IMG/VR virus record: IMGVR_UViG_3300035182_001904
DNA length: 64,000 nt
Source of the DNA: a virus
Strand: one strand, 5' to 3'
Position numbers and translations under genes: made by a program. Position 1 is the first letter of the stretch, and each line of letters begins with the position of its first letter. The notes under the pieces were generated by a model, which was not told where the DNA came from, did no database searches, and worked only from the letters and a program-made list of their open reading frames with translations. Of this stretch, positions 27,271 through 35,807 are shown in pieces.

Positions 27271-27773
27271 CAGCAGGGCTCCCATTTTCCGTTGGTCACA
27301 TGACCATGTGCACCACAGGTGCGGCAAAGCAAGCTTGGCATGAGCGTCAAAGGATCGACGCTCACGACCTGATGGATCGGCGTGCCGTTGAGCGGGCGGA
27401 CGGCACAGAACGACTGGCAGAGCATCCCCTCGAGGCTTCGAGCATCGGGATGAGTGTGCAGCCACCCGATGAGCTGTTCGTCGCTGCCAAGCACCGCCTC
27501 GAAGATGTGCCCGTACCCGAGGTCCAGCTTGCCTGCATGGACGAGGGGGTTCAACGGAGGCGGTGTCGGCATCGGCTTCCACGTGGGACGCCCATCGATC
27601 TCCTCGAGGTCGTCGGCGGTACGCGGCGTGGGCACTTCGAAGCCGTGGTCGACGAGGCACACGGCGCACACCGGCCGCCGAGCGAATTCGGTGCCCGGCA
27701 CGTGATAGAGCTTGGTGTCGATGCGTTTGCAGTCGCACTCACCAACGCCGACGTAGACGGGACGCTCGGTCAT
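27270..27773 (-). CDS. Protein with a C-terminal DUF6527-like domain
   Basis: LTLMPSLLCRTCGAHGHVTNGKW. Confidence 0.6.
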   Translation of the reverse strand: MTERPVYVGVGECDCKRIDTKLYHVPGTEFARRPVCAVCLVDHGFEVPTPRTADDLEEIDGRPTWKPMPTPPPLNPLVHAGKLDLGYGHIFEAVLGSDEQLIGWLHTHPDARSLEGMLCQSFCAVRPLNGTPIHQVVSVDPLTLMPSLLCRTCGAHGHVTNGKWEPC

Positions 27774-28963
27774 CGCAGGCCGCCACCTGAATGCATCCCG
27801 CCGGTCTGTGCGGGCACGCCGCCCATCCCCGGCGAGGTCTGACCCTTGCCAGGACCTTCGTGTCGTTGCGAGCGCAGCGCGTTCGTGTCCAGCGAGAAGT
27901 TGGTCTTGGGCGCGAAGTCGGTCGCGAACTTGGCAGCGTTGACGCCGAGTGCGGCTTCTTTCTTTTCGGCGTCGGCCTTGGTCTTCTCGACGATGCCGTC
28001 CGGATGCTCGTTCTGGGAGTAGACCGTGTAGAGCTTGAGCGGGTCGTCACCCGTATTGACGATGTTGTGTTGCGTGCCTGCGGGGATGATGAGCGCGGTG
28101 CCGTCGCGCATCGGACGCTCGACGCCGTTCAAGACGGCCTTGCCCTGGCCGCCTTCGACGCGGATGAACTGGTCCGTGTTCGGATGCTTCTCGGAGCCGA
28201 TGTCGCCGCCCTTGGGCAGGGACATCACGACAAGCTGCTCTTTCTTGGCGGTGTGCAGGACCTTGCGGTAGTTGTCGTTGGCGTTGGTGGCGTCGTCGAT
28301 GTTGGTGATGAAGCCGGGGAAGGCGGCCTCGGCGGCCTTCTGTCCCATCGAACGTTCGACGCCCGTCAACGGGATCTCGTGGTGGTCCCGCGACGTCACG
28401 TGCGCTCGGTCGATCGTGAATCGTCCGTTGATCACAGGCAGTGGCTCTTCGGTGCGCCCAGCGTCACCGAGGTAGCCGAGCGTGATGTGCGGCGTGAACA
28501 CGTGCTTGTCGCTCGGGTCGATGCCGTGGACCTTGAGGGCGCGCACCATGTCGACGTGCAGATGTTCGAGGCCAGGGGCGTCGAGCAACGCGACCAGCGC
28601 GGTGTTCCGCTTGCCTTGGGAGGCCGCGCCATCGAAGTAGCCCCAGCCCTGGATCTTCGCTTCGATGGGCTCGGCGTTCTCGCCAACCTGACGAAGTGCC
28701 GCGAGCGCGGCGTGGACCTTCTCGGGCGGGTGGTCCTCGAGCGGCTTCTTCGTGTAGACCAGGGTGATGTGGTCGATGTCGGAGTGCTTCGCAGCGTCCG
28801 GGATGACCTTCTTCTGGATCTCGCGAAGGTTCTCAGCGACGTGCTCGGGCACACGCACGTGCACGAAGAAGGTCTTCGGGCTCGTCGAGATCTCAGCGGT
28901 CTTCTCGCGGCTGGCAGCCGAGAGGAGCTGGTCGAGGACGCCCGCAAGCGAGACGGTTCGCAC
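27770..28963 (-). CDS. 2H-phosphoesterase + cupin fusion with K-x-A motifs
   Basis: Two HxT motifs (DHITLVY, PHITLGY); cupin EKHPNTDQFIRVEGG...PAGTQHNIVN; GTG lies 6 nt after TATAAT. Confidence 0.8.
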   Translation of the reverse strand: MRTVSLAGVLDQLLSAASREKTAEISTSPKTFFVHVRVPEHVAENLREIQKKVIPDAAKHSDIDHITLVYTKKPLEDHPPEKVHAALAALRQVGENAEPIEAKIQGWGYFDGAASQGKRNTALVALLDAPGLEHLHVDMVRALKVHGIDPSDKHVFTPHITLGYLGDAGRTEEPLPVINGRFTIDRAHVTSRDHHEIPLTGVERSMGQKAAEAAFPGFITNIDDATNANDNYRKVLHTAKKEQLVVMSLPKGGDIGSEKHPNTDQFIRVEGGQGKAVLNGVERPMRDGTALIIPAGTQHNIVNTGDDPLKLYTVYSQNEHPDGIVEKTKADAEKKEAALGVNAAKFATDFAPKTNFSLDTNALRSQRHEGPGKGQTSPGMGGVPAQTGGMHSGGGLR

Positions 28964-28968
28964 GGGGA

Positions 28969-29024
28969 AATTATAGGGGGTTTCAGCCCCCTTGCGTCGG
29001 GGCCAAAAAAATCCTCCTATCATT
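28969..29024. promoter_or_regulatory. Back-to-back promoters CCTATAATT (minus, 28969-28977) and CCTATCATT (plus, 29016-29024)
   Basis: Each -10 hexamer lies 6 nt from a start codon (GTG 28963; ATG 29030). Confidence 0.65.
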
Positions 29025-29029
29025 ACAAG

Positions 29030-29476
29030 ATGGCGGCCAACCCCAAGACCCTGATCACCCTTCTCGTCGGGGCCATCGTCGGGATCGCGCCTGCTTGGTT
29101 CGGCTACCTCTCAAGCCACGAGGAGTTGAAGGCCAAGTATCAACAAACCCAGGACGAAGCGACCGGCGGCTATGCGGCACTCGCGACTTCCGTCAAGGAG
29201 CTGCAGACGACTGCGACGACCCAGCACGACTACGTCGTGAAGCTCGAGGCACGGCTCGAGGCCACCGACACGTTGATCCAGTCACTGTTCGCGAAGCTCA
29301 ACACGGCGCCCGTAGCAAGCGTGCACCGTCCCGCGCCCGTAGCAAGCGGGCACCGTCCCGCGCCCGTCGACACGTACAAGCAGCCGTTGCCTGTGCCGAC
29401 GCCCGATCGTCCGAAGTTCAGGGACCTGCCGCGCGACTTTCCTGACGCTGCGGCGGAGTTCGCACCCAAGAGGTAA
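29030..29476 (+). CDS. Membrane-anchored coiled-coil protein (possibly spanin-like)
   Basis: N-terminal TM, coiled coil, Pro-rich tail with a 27-bp tandem repeat at 29306-29359. Confidence 0.6.
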   Translation: MAANPKTLITLLVGAIVGIAPAWFGYLSSHEELKAKYQQTQDEATGGYAALATSVKELQTTATTQHDYVVKLEARLEATDTLIQSLFAKLNTAPVASVHRPAPVASGHRPAPVDTYKQPLPVPTPDRPKFRDLPRDFPDAAAEFAPKR

Positions 29477-29480
29477 CGTC

Positions 29481-30098
29481 ATGCCTTCTCGCCATCGCTG
29501 CTTCCTGCTCACGCCCACAGATGACGTCGTTGTCACACTTCGTCGGTACGCGTTCGCGCGTGACGGCGTGCCGCCTTGTGGTCGACGGGAGTCGCGGTAC
29601 CCCGGCGCTGAACTGACGTCCTACGAGACCCATGACGTCGAGATCGAGGTCACACGCGCGGCGGGAACCCTCGAAGCGTCGCTCGACGGCGACCGCACGC
29701 AGCACACCGTTGCGCTCGACGATCCGCGCTGGCCGACCGCGTGCTCGTGTGGTTACGTGTTCCGTCCCGAAGACGCGAAGCAAGAGAGCCACACGCGGCT
29801 CTATCAACGTGGCGACAACCAAGAGCTGGTCACGATCGGAGATGCGCCTGTCGGCGCGCTCTACGACTGGCGCGTGCTCAACGGAGACGACAGCTACCAC
29901 CGCAACGGTGAGATGTCGCTCGTGTGCAAGACCCCCGCAGGTGAATGGATGATCGACGGTCCTGCGAGCAATGGGCCTGGGTGGACACGCACAGGTGCAC
30001 CTCCGGATATCGATGTGACGCCATCCATCGGGATCGGTAGTCCCCAACGCATGCATGGATGGTTGCGCAATGGTTGGTTGGAAATCGACATGCCGTGA
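29481..30098 (+). CDS. Protein with a C-terminal DUF6527-like domain
   Basis: WMIDGPAS...WTRTG.PP.IDVTPSI...HGWLRNGWL. Confidence 0.65.
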   Translation: MPSRHRCFLLTPTDDVVVTLRRYAFARDGVPPCGRRESRYPGAELTSYETHDVEIEVTRAAGTLEASLDGDRTQHTVALDDPRWPTACSCGYVFRPEDAKQESHTRLYQRGDNQELVTIGDAPVGALYDWRVLNGDDSYHRNGEMSLVCKTPAGEWMIDGPASNGPGWTRTGAPPDIDVTPSIGIGSPQRMHGWLRNGWLEIDMP

Positions 30099-30110
30099 TA
30101 TAGCGGCGGC

Positions 30111-30638
30111 ATGTCCATTATCGCCGCGGTGCTCGTGTTCCTGTTCACGTCGCCCAACGACGCCGACGCCTTGCGAAGAACGGCCCCCAACGATCTGACG
30201 GCGCCGGCGGCGATGGAGCACCTGACCTCGGCACGCATCGCAGCTTCGTTCTACGGCATCGACGCGGACATGTTGCTCAGCACCGCGTACTTCGAGAGCC
30301 GCTACACCTCGAGCGTGGTGGGCCCAGTCGTAGCAGGCAAGACCGCATGCGGCGTGCTGCAGCCGACCATGGAAACGAAGTGCGTGGGCCAGACCGTGCT
30401 CGAGGACTACCTCGACGGGGCCAAGCACCTGCAGGACTGGTATCGCGCGTGTCGTGGCAACGAGCGGTGCGCACTGCTCGGCTACGGAGGTGGCTACGCG
30501 CTGATCAAGAGCTGCGCCGAAGGCCCCGTCATGCGTGAGCGTGGTGGCCGCAAGGTCGACCTGTGCACGATCCCCGACATCCGCCAGTTCCGTGCTCGTT
30601 GGATTAAAAAAGAGCGGGCGAAGCGCTCGAACAGCTAA
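30111..30638 (+). CDS. Lytic transglycosylase (SLT)-like protein
   Basis: YGIDADMLLSTAYFESRY...ACGVLQ...ALLGYGGG. Confidence 0.7.
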   Translation: MSIIAAVLVFLFTSPNDADALRRTAPNDLTAPAAMEHLTSARIAASFYGIDADMLLSTAYFESRYTSSVVGPVVAGKTACGVLQPTMETKCVGQTVLEDYLDGAKHLQDWYRACRGNERCALLGYGGGYALIKSCAEGPVMRERGGRKVDLCTIPDIRQFRARWIKKERAKRSNS

Positions 30639-30833
30639 CCGTCGCGGAACTTGAGGTCGAGCTTCTTCAGCGTGGCCGCGTTGACGATCACCTCACCCAC
30701 TGTCTCGTACGCGAACCGCGGTAGATAGTCGACCGCGCTGCCGATGCACATGAGGCACGTCGGAAACTCGTGGCAGACGTCGTACTCCGGCGTGATCCCC
30801 GAAGGGGTGACGTCGTCGTTCTCGACGACGATC
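30635..30833 (-). pseudogene. Displaced 3' half of the HC3 gene at 30854-31135
   Basis: Starts with the duplicated segment A and ends ...PRFAYETVGEV...KFRDG; deleting 204 bp restores a 98-aa ORF. Confidence 0.6.
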
Positions 30834-31037
30834 GCATACACGACAGGAACTGGTCATCGGAGACATAGAAACCTTGGCGACAAGCCCCAAGCGTTCCTGA
30901 TAACAGGGTCACGCGCGAACCGCGGTAGATAGTCGACCGCGCTGCCGATGCACATGAGGCACGTCGGAAACTCGTGGCAGACGTCGTACTCCGGCGTGAT
31001 CCCCGAAGGGGTGACGTCGTCGTTCTCGACGACGATC
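30710..31037. repeat. A-B-A repeat: exact 124-bp direct repeat (30710-30833, 30914-31037) enclosing an 80-bp copy of 32249-32328
   Basis: Aligned by eye; B differs from its donor only at 30908 (G) versus 32323 (T). Confidence 0.9.
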
Positions 31038-31135
31038 TCGCCGCACTGGGTGTAGATATGACGGTAGCCATAGCTACCTGCGATGTGGACGATGCCGTGT
31101 TCGTCCTTCCAGCCTGGCGTGTGGATCATGATCAC
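30854..31135 (-). CDS. HC3 zinc-motif family protein
   Basis: DEHGIVH..C..PTCLMC. Confidence 0.7.
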   Translation of the reverse strand: MIMIHTPGWKDEHGIVHIAGSYGYRHIYTQCGEIVVENDDVTPSGITPEYDVCHEFPTCLMCIGSAVDYLPRFARDPVIRNAWGLSPRFLCLR

Positions 31136-31389
31136 CTCTTACTACGCAAGTAGCGGACCAACGAACCCGATTCGACGGGATCAGAGTTCGCGCTCCACCA
31201 TGTCGTTGTGTACATCTTCGCAAGGCACTGAAGACACGTAACGATCACGCCTTGGTCGATGGCGAACCAAGCTTCAGCGAGACCGCACACGGCGACATCT
31301 TCGTTGCCACGGTGATGTACGTAGACTTCGTTCTGGTCGTAGACTGCATGGACGATACCCGTCGTAGACTTGGCAACGTAGGTACTCAC
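31132..31389 (-). CDS. HC3 zinc-motif family protein
   Basis: TGIVH..C..VTCLQC; GTGA overlap. Confidence 0.7.
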   Translation of the reverse strand: MSTYVAKSTTGIVHAVYDQNEVYVHHRGNEDVAVCGLAEAWFAIDQGVIVTCLQCLAKMYTTTWWSANSDPVESGSLVRYLRSKR

Positions 31390-31640
31390 GCACCCTTGCC
31401 CAAGCACTGAAAGCATGTGACCGCACCAGGGTCGATTGCGGGCGCGTTGTTCACCTCTTTGCGAGAGAGCCCCATGTTGTCGCACATGCGCGCCCAGCCT
31501 CGCGTCAACCGCGACCACACCACGCGATGGGTGAGACTGTCCTCGTCCCCCATGCGGAAGGTTCCGATCCCGAACTGGCTTTCGCGCTCGTCGCAGTCTT
31601 GGAGATGGATCAACGACCAACGGTCATCGATTTCAGACAT
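31386..31640 (-). CDS. HC3 zinc-motif family protein
   Basis: DSLTH..C..VTCFQC; AGGAG RBS. Confidence 0.7.
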   Translation of the reverse strand: MSEIDDRWSLIHLQDCDERESQFGIGTFRMGDEDSLTHRVVWSRLTRGWARMCDNMGLSRKEVNNAPAIDPGAVTCFQCLGKGA

Positions 31641-31761
31641 TGTCGTGCTCCTTATCACCACGCGACCTCCGCGAGGCGCTTGGCCTTGTTGAAGGTCTTC
31701 GCGAAGCTTGTCCCCTTGCCGAAGTAAGGCGCGTCAAGGGGCTTGGCGTAGTTCCATGACG

Positions 31762-32010
31762 TCACTCCTTGGCGTTTATCACGTCTGAGATCGGCTCAGC
31801 AACAATACACCGCATGCACGTGGGGAAGTCGTCGGTCTTGGTTCGGGCGTTGACGTCATCAACGGTAACGGAGTACCCGCAGAATGTTGTGTACGAAACA
31901 CGCTTGACACCTCGAGACATCTTGTACTCGGACCGATAGATGCGATGGCGGAGCTTGCGGAAGGGGTCGTGCCAATGCCAAGGCATTGTGGAACGGTAGA
32001 CAAGGATCAC
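31762..32010 (-). CDS. HC3 zinc-motif family protein
   Basis: KLRH..TFCG..PTCMRC; GTGA overlap. Confidence 0.7.
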   Translation of the reverse strand: MILVYRSTMPWHWHDPFRKLRHRIYRSEYKMSRGVKRVSYTTFCGYSVTVDDVNARTKTDDFPTCMRCIVAEPISDVINAKE

Positions 32011-32486
32011 GGCTTCTCGTACGTCTTCAACAACTTGTCGAGTCCAGGGTTGCGCCTCAGCCACTCATCGAAGAGCTTCGCCACTTCCTCGGAAGTGAGG
32101 CTGTACGCTTCATCGAGAACACGCCGGGGTATGTTCTGCATGTTGGGCTTGGAGCTGTTGAGCGTCGACCCGTACACCTGGGCGACCCGTGATTCTTTCT
32201 GAGTCTGTCGGAAGCTGATTCCGTCCGTACACACGCCCGATGCGCAACGCATACACGACAGGAACTGGTCATCGGAGACATAGAAACCTTGGCGACAAGC
32301 CCCAAGCGTTCCTGATAACAGGTTCACGTAGACGCCACACTCGGTAATACCGTCCGTGGGGTAGACATGAACGTCACGCTGTTCGTAGCTCGACCCGTGT
32401 GCCGCGAGCACCATGTGCACGAGGTTGTCGTGGTAGGGCCCGCTGCTGTAGCGAAACGTCCAGCGGTCGCGCCCCAGCGGCCTCAT
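32007..32486 (-). CDS. HC3 zinc-motif protein fused to a PolA-like fragment
   Basis: DNLVH..TECG..SCMRC, then RQTQK..YG, SSKPNMQNIP, EEVAKLFDEWLRRNPGL. Confidence 0.7.
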   Translation of the reverse strand: MRPLGRDRWTFRYSSGPYHDNLVHMVLAAHGSSYEQRDVHVYPTDGITECGVYVNLLSGTLGACRQGFYVSDDQFLSCMRCASGVCTDGISFRQTQKESRVAQVYGSTLNSSKPNMQNIPRRVLDEAYSLTSEEVAKLFDEWLRRNPGLDKLLKTYEKP

Positions 32487-32674
32487 CGGCTCTCCCATGC
32501 GATGCACTCCAGGCATGTGGGTATTCGATTTCCCGCTTGAATCTCATCGCTTCCAAAGTAGCGGCCGCACCACGTCTGATACGCAGTAAGGCTGCGTCCG
32601 GGGAAATTCACGATGTGGACGATGCCAACGCCATCAACGACGGTGTACTCGCTACGTTTTGATGTCACGTTCAC
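32483..32674 (-). CDS. HC3 zinc-motif family protein
   Basis: DGVGIVH..TWCG..PTCLEC. Confidence 0.7.
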   Translation of the reverse strand: MNVTSKRSEYTVVDGVGIVHIVNFPGRSLTAYQTWCGRYFGSDEIQAGNRIPTCLECIAWESR

Positions 32675-32885
32675 AGCCCGGCTCCCAGGCATTCTGCCCG
32701 TCGAGCTGCCCGGATGTCCATGACGCAGCGGCGTAGACGCCCGCTTCGAAGGAGCGGCAGCCCACCGCTGCGATGGTGAGGTTGCGCACGAGGTTCATGA
32801 CCCAGCGGGTCTGCAGGGCCTCGAGCATCTCCTGACGGATTAGCTCGGTGCGCAAGACGCGCGTGTCCTCGTTGTCGCGACTCAC
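32652..32885 (-). CDS. Hypothetical protein
   Basis: GTGA overlap with the upstream ORF. Confidence 0.4.
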   Translation of the reverse strand: MSRDNEDTRVLRTELIRQEMLEALQTRWVMNLVRNLTIAAVGCRSFEAGVYAAASWTSGQLDGQNAWEPGCERDIKT

Positions 32886-33388
32886 GGCGCCGCTTTCAAC
32901 CGTTCGAGGTGGGCCTCGAGGTGCACGAGCGCATCGTCGAGCGTCGCGAACGTGGCGGGCCGCGTCTCCATCATCTCCGCACGACAACCAACGGCGTGGC
33001 CGTCGAACTGAGCGATGCGGTTGCAGTTACAGCGATACATCTCGTAGTACTGCTTCCGTGCCTTCACGATGTCGATCGCGGCTTGCACCCCCTTCTGCTC
33101 TTCTGTGCCGTCCGCGAGCCCTCGACCGTAGATACACTCGAGCTTCTCGCTCAGGTACGCGATGTGGAGCGGTGCGAACGGCAGGTGGATGTCGCCGTGC
33201 ACGTTCGCGTGCACCCACTCGATGCCAGAGCTGTCGGCTTCGTGGCAGAGCTTGATGTACTCGTTCATCAGGCCCGTGAACTCGATGAAGGCGTGGCAGC
33301 CCGAGGCCACCGCAGCCCTGTAGAACGCGTTCGAGGCGGCGTGCATCTTCGCAAGAATCGCGGCACGCTCTTCGTGGGTTTCTTTCAT
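32882..33388 (-). CDS. Hypothetical protein
   Basis: MKETHEER...GCHAFIEFTGLMNEYIKLC; TGATG overlap. Confidence 0.65.
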   Translation of the reverse strand: MKETHEERAAILAKMHAASNAFYRAAVASGCHAFIEFTGLMNEYIKLCHEADSSGIEWVHANVHGDIHLPFAPLHIAYLSEKLECIYGRGLADGTEEQKGVQAAIDIVKARKQYYEMYRCNCNRIAQFDGHAVGCRAEMMETRPATFATLDDALVHLEAHLERLKAAP

Positions 33389-33666
33389 CAGTCCTTCGCT
33401 TTCACGATGCACTGGAGGCACGTGATGAGAGGGCAGTGCTCGCGGTCGTATTCGACGACGGGCGTTCGTACCTGGATGGTGGTGTCGCAGAGCAACACCG
33501 TTGAGAACGAACCGCTGACCATCGGCAAGCGCCCCACTCGATGCAGGAGGCCGTCGATGTTCGCGGTCCACACCTTGACGCTGAGAGTGGCGAACACCTG
33601 GGCCTCCTCGAACATACGTAGGTAGTTCCACGACGGATCGAGCGCAGACCGCGCCCGAGGAACCAC
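33388..33666 (-). CDS. HC3 zinc-motif family protein (start uncertain)
   Basis: DGLLH..LLCD..ITCLQC. Confidence 0.65.
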   Translation of the reverse strand: MVPRARSALDPSWNYLRMFEEAQVFATLSVKVWTANIDGLLHRVGRLPMVSGSFSTVLLCDTTIQVRTPVVEYDREHCPLITCLQCIVKAKD

Positions 33667-33700
33667 CCGGAGACGCGAGCCCCCAGCGTTGCGATCCAGG

Positions 33701-33871
33701 TTACGGGCTCTTCAAACACTCGGGCTTCACCATCGTCTTGACGGTGTCCTCGACCTTGCTCTCGTAGCTCCACGAGTAGTGAGCCGTGCGCTCGAGGTAC
33801 CAACCTCCGACAGCAAGGGCGCCCGCGAAGATGAGCACGAGGGCGTAGATGGCGACTTGCTTGGCGTTCAT
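33701..33871 (-). CDS. Small single-TM protein
   Basis: MNAKQVAIYALVLIFAGALAVGGW. Confidence 0.55.
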   Translation of the reverse strand: MNAKQVAIYALVLIFAGALAVGGWYLERTAHYSWSYESKVEDTVKTMVKPECLKSP

Positions 33872-34196
33872 GTCTTGGCTTTCTCCTGTTCCTTGTACGC
33901 GCGCATCAACGCCTCCTGCTTGAGACGCTCGGGCCAGTAGACCTCGGGCAGGCTGTAGTAGGCGCCCTTCGCCTCGACGAGTGGTCACGAATCTCCACGC
34001 ACAGCAGGCACGTCTTGTATGAACTGGGGGAACCGTCCCAGACGCCGCTCGAGTAGTCGTACTTCGTGCCCTTGGGGATGGGCTCACGACACTCCGAGCA
34101 CGTGTGCTCCTTGCGCGCCTTGCGGACCGCCCTGGACGCGCACGTAGGGCCTTCACCATCGTTGCCTTGCAGCGGGCAGCAAACAACGGTGCTCAT
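33868..34196 (-). pseudogene. Zinc-binding protein with a frameshift/deletion junction near 33985
   Basis: RKARKEHTCSEC..IPKG..Y...KTCLLC..RDH, then coherent coding continues in another frame (LVEAKGAYYSLPEVYW...AKT). Confidence 0.5.
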
Positions 34197-34381
34197 GAAC
34201 GCCCTGTGTAGAGGTGGGCGTAGGCGACGCACGGGATGCACGTCGGCGGACCTTCGACCTCAGGATAGCCGCCTGTATGATCGCCGTGCGGTGCCATACA
34301 TACGGTCATGTAGGTACGGGCCTGTTCGATGTGAACAAGCCCGTCTCTAGGGAAAATCAAGATGAACCGTTGCCGATTCAC
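34193..34381 (-). CDS. HC3 zinc-motif family protein
   Basis: RDGLVH..TVC..PTCIPC. Confidence 0.7.
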   Translation of the reverse strand: MNRQRFILIFPRDGLVHIEQARTYMTVCMAPHGDHTGGYPEVEGPPTCIPCVAYAHLYTGRS

Positions 34382-34401
34382 CGTGCGTCGAACTGCAGGC
34401 G

Positions 34402-34650
34402 CTAGGCGGTCGCGTCCTTGATGATCTTGTTCAGGACGCTCGTGTCGACCGGACGGGCCACACGGCGCGGCATCATCTTGAGCTTGACACCCTCCTTGCG
34501 GAGGCGGGTCGACATCGCCGACACCGTGTTGCGAGACAGGCCCGTCGCTGCGACGACCTCCGCCACGTTGTTCGCCTTGGTCCAGTTCTTCACGAAAGCC
34601 TCGTACGAGTACGGGGCGCTCTTCTTGCCGTTGCCGTTGGTCTTTGACAT
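34402..34650 (-). CDS. HTH DNA-binding protein
   Basis: VAEVVAATGLSRNTVSAMSTRLRKEGV. Confidence 0.7.
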   Translation of the reverse strand: MSKTNGNGKKSAPYSYEAFVKNWTKANNVAEVVAATGLSRNTVSAMSTRLRKEGVKLKMMPRRVARPVDTSVLNKIIKDATA

Positions 34651-34713
34651 GAGTCGTTTTTGGCATAGAGCTTGACCTCCGTCAAGAGTTACGTTGGTAC
34701 GATAAACAAGACC

Positions 34714-34941
34714 CTAGAAATCACCCCACGGTCTGTCAGCCCACATCCAGTCGTGCATCGTCACTCCTGCAGCGCAACCCATGCACGACACCGGCTGTTC
34801 CGTTGCCTCGGTGTCACCTGTCATCAGGCCACACTTGAACCAAGGCCACTCGGACCGCATGTCGCGGTCGTTCTTCTCACCGAGATGTACGAGCCCCGTA
34901 CGTCGGTCTAGGAAACGGTCAGAGATCAACCGCGGAGGCAT
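34714..34941 (-). CDS. HC3 zinc-motif family protein
   Basis: RTGLVH..KCG..VSCMGC. Confidence 0.7.
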   Translation of the reverse strand: MPPRLISDRFLDRRTGLVHLGEKNDRDMRSEWPWFKCGLMTGDTEATEQPVSCMGCAAGVTMHDWMWADRPWGDF

Positions 34942-35350
34942 GGATGATGTGCTCCTTAGCGAGGCAGCCGAAGCAAGTGACGGCCTCGTCGGTGGACAGG
35001 ATGTACATCGAGTCGACGGTCTCGTCGTCACAGAAACGCTTCCAGACGGTCTCGCCGTGCCCACTGATGTACGGGTACATCCCGACGTGGTGGGTAAGCG
35101 CGGCCGTGCCGAGTTCGCGCCACTTGTGGAACGGCGGCACGTACGACAGCGGTGTCATCATCAAGACCTGGTGGGTGAAGGACTGCTGCGACAGTTTCGC
35201 CTTGATGGTGTCGCCGATGAGGTTCTGCATCGCGACGGTCTGGGTCGGCGTCAGCTGCTCGCCGATCTTGTGCTTGAGCGCGTCCCTGAGGGTCCCGCTC
35301 ATGTGGTCCATGGTCTTCTTCAGCCGCTTCTTACGTTGGCGCTTGTTCAC
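34919..35350 (-). CDS. HC3 zinc-motif family protein with an N-terminal extension
   Basis: LTHH..RFCD..VTCFGC. Confidence 0.7.
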   Translation of the reverse strand: MNKRQRKKRLKKTMDHMSGTLRDALKHKIGEQLTPTQTVAMQNLIGDTIKAKLSQQSFTHQVLMMTPLSYVPPFHKWRELGTAALTHHVGMYPYISGHGETVWKRFCDDETVDSMYILSTDEAVTCFGCLAKEHIIHASAVDL

Positions 35351-35807
35351 GGGCGATGCACTCCAAGCACGTCACGAGGCGGGTCTCCTTCGGGAGGTAG
35401 GCACGGACGCGGTCCCGTGCCTCCTCACCCTGCCAGAAGAACGGACGCTCGCACAACGCGAGACCGTGCTGGTCCGCATATGGCCACAAGGCCACGATGT
35501 GTGCAAGCTCGGTGTCGACGTCGACCATGACGAAACGCTCGTTCACGTGCGCGTCGTTGAGCCTGCAGTCCTCGATGGTCATGTTCTCGTCTTCGACCTG
35601 TTCGCAGTAGAGGTCGTAGCAGCGAGCCCACTCACCCTCGCGGTGGCACTGCTTGATGATGGTCCGCAGGTTGTCGTCGGTGACCTCGTTGTCGAGGTTG
35701 TCCATCACGAGATCCGCACGCGCTTCGAGCGCAGCCTCGTGGGTTGCGTACGCAGAGACGTCGGTCCCGTGACGGTGCTCGTAGTAGATGACGAACACGC
35801 GTTGCAT
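35331..35807 (-). CDS. HC3 zinc-motif family protein with an N-terminal extension
   Basis: TELAH..ALCE..VTCLEC. Confidence 0.7.
   Translation of the reverse strand: MQRVFVIYYEHRHGTDVSAYATHEAALEARADLVMDNLDNEVTDDNLRTIIKQCHREGEWARCYDLYCEQVEDENMTIEDCRLNDAHVNERFVMVDVDTELAHIVALWPYADQHGLALCERPFFWQGEEARDRVRAYLPKETRLVTCLECIAREQAPT

Noticed and set aside
30710-32328. Diversity-generating retroelement (TR/VR pair)
   Set aside because: The A copies are identical, B has only one mismatch although many adenines are available, and no reverse transcriptase is present in the window.
32882-33631. ORF-track proteins with long N-terminal extensions (also 26698-27738, 36142-36957, 61363-62844)
   Set aside because: The extensions overlap other genes in a different frame; coupled downstream starts were used instead.
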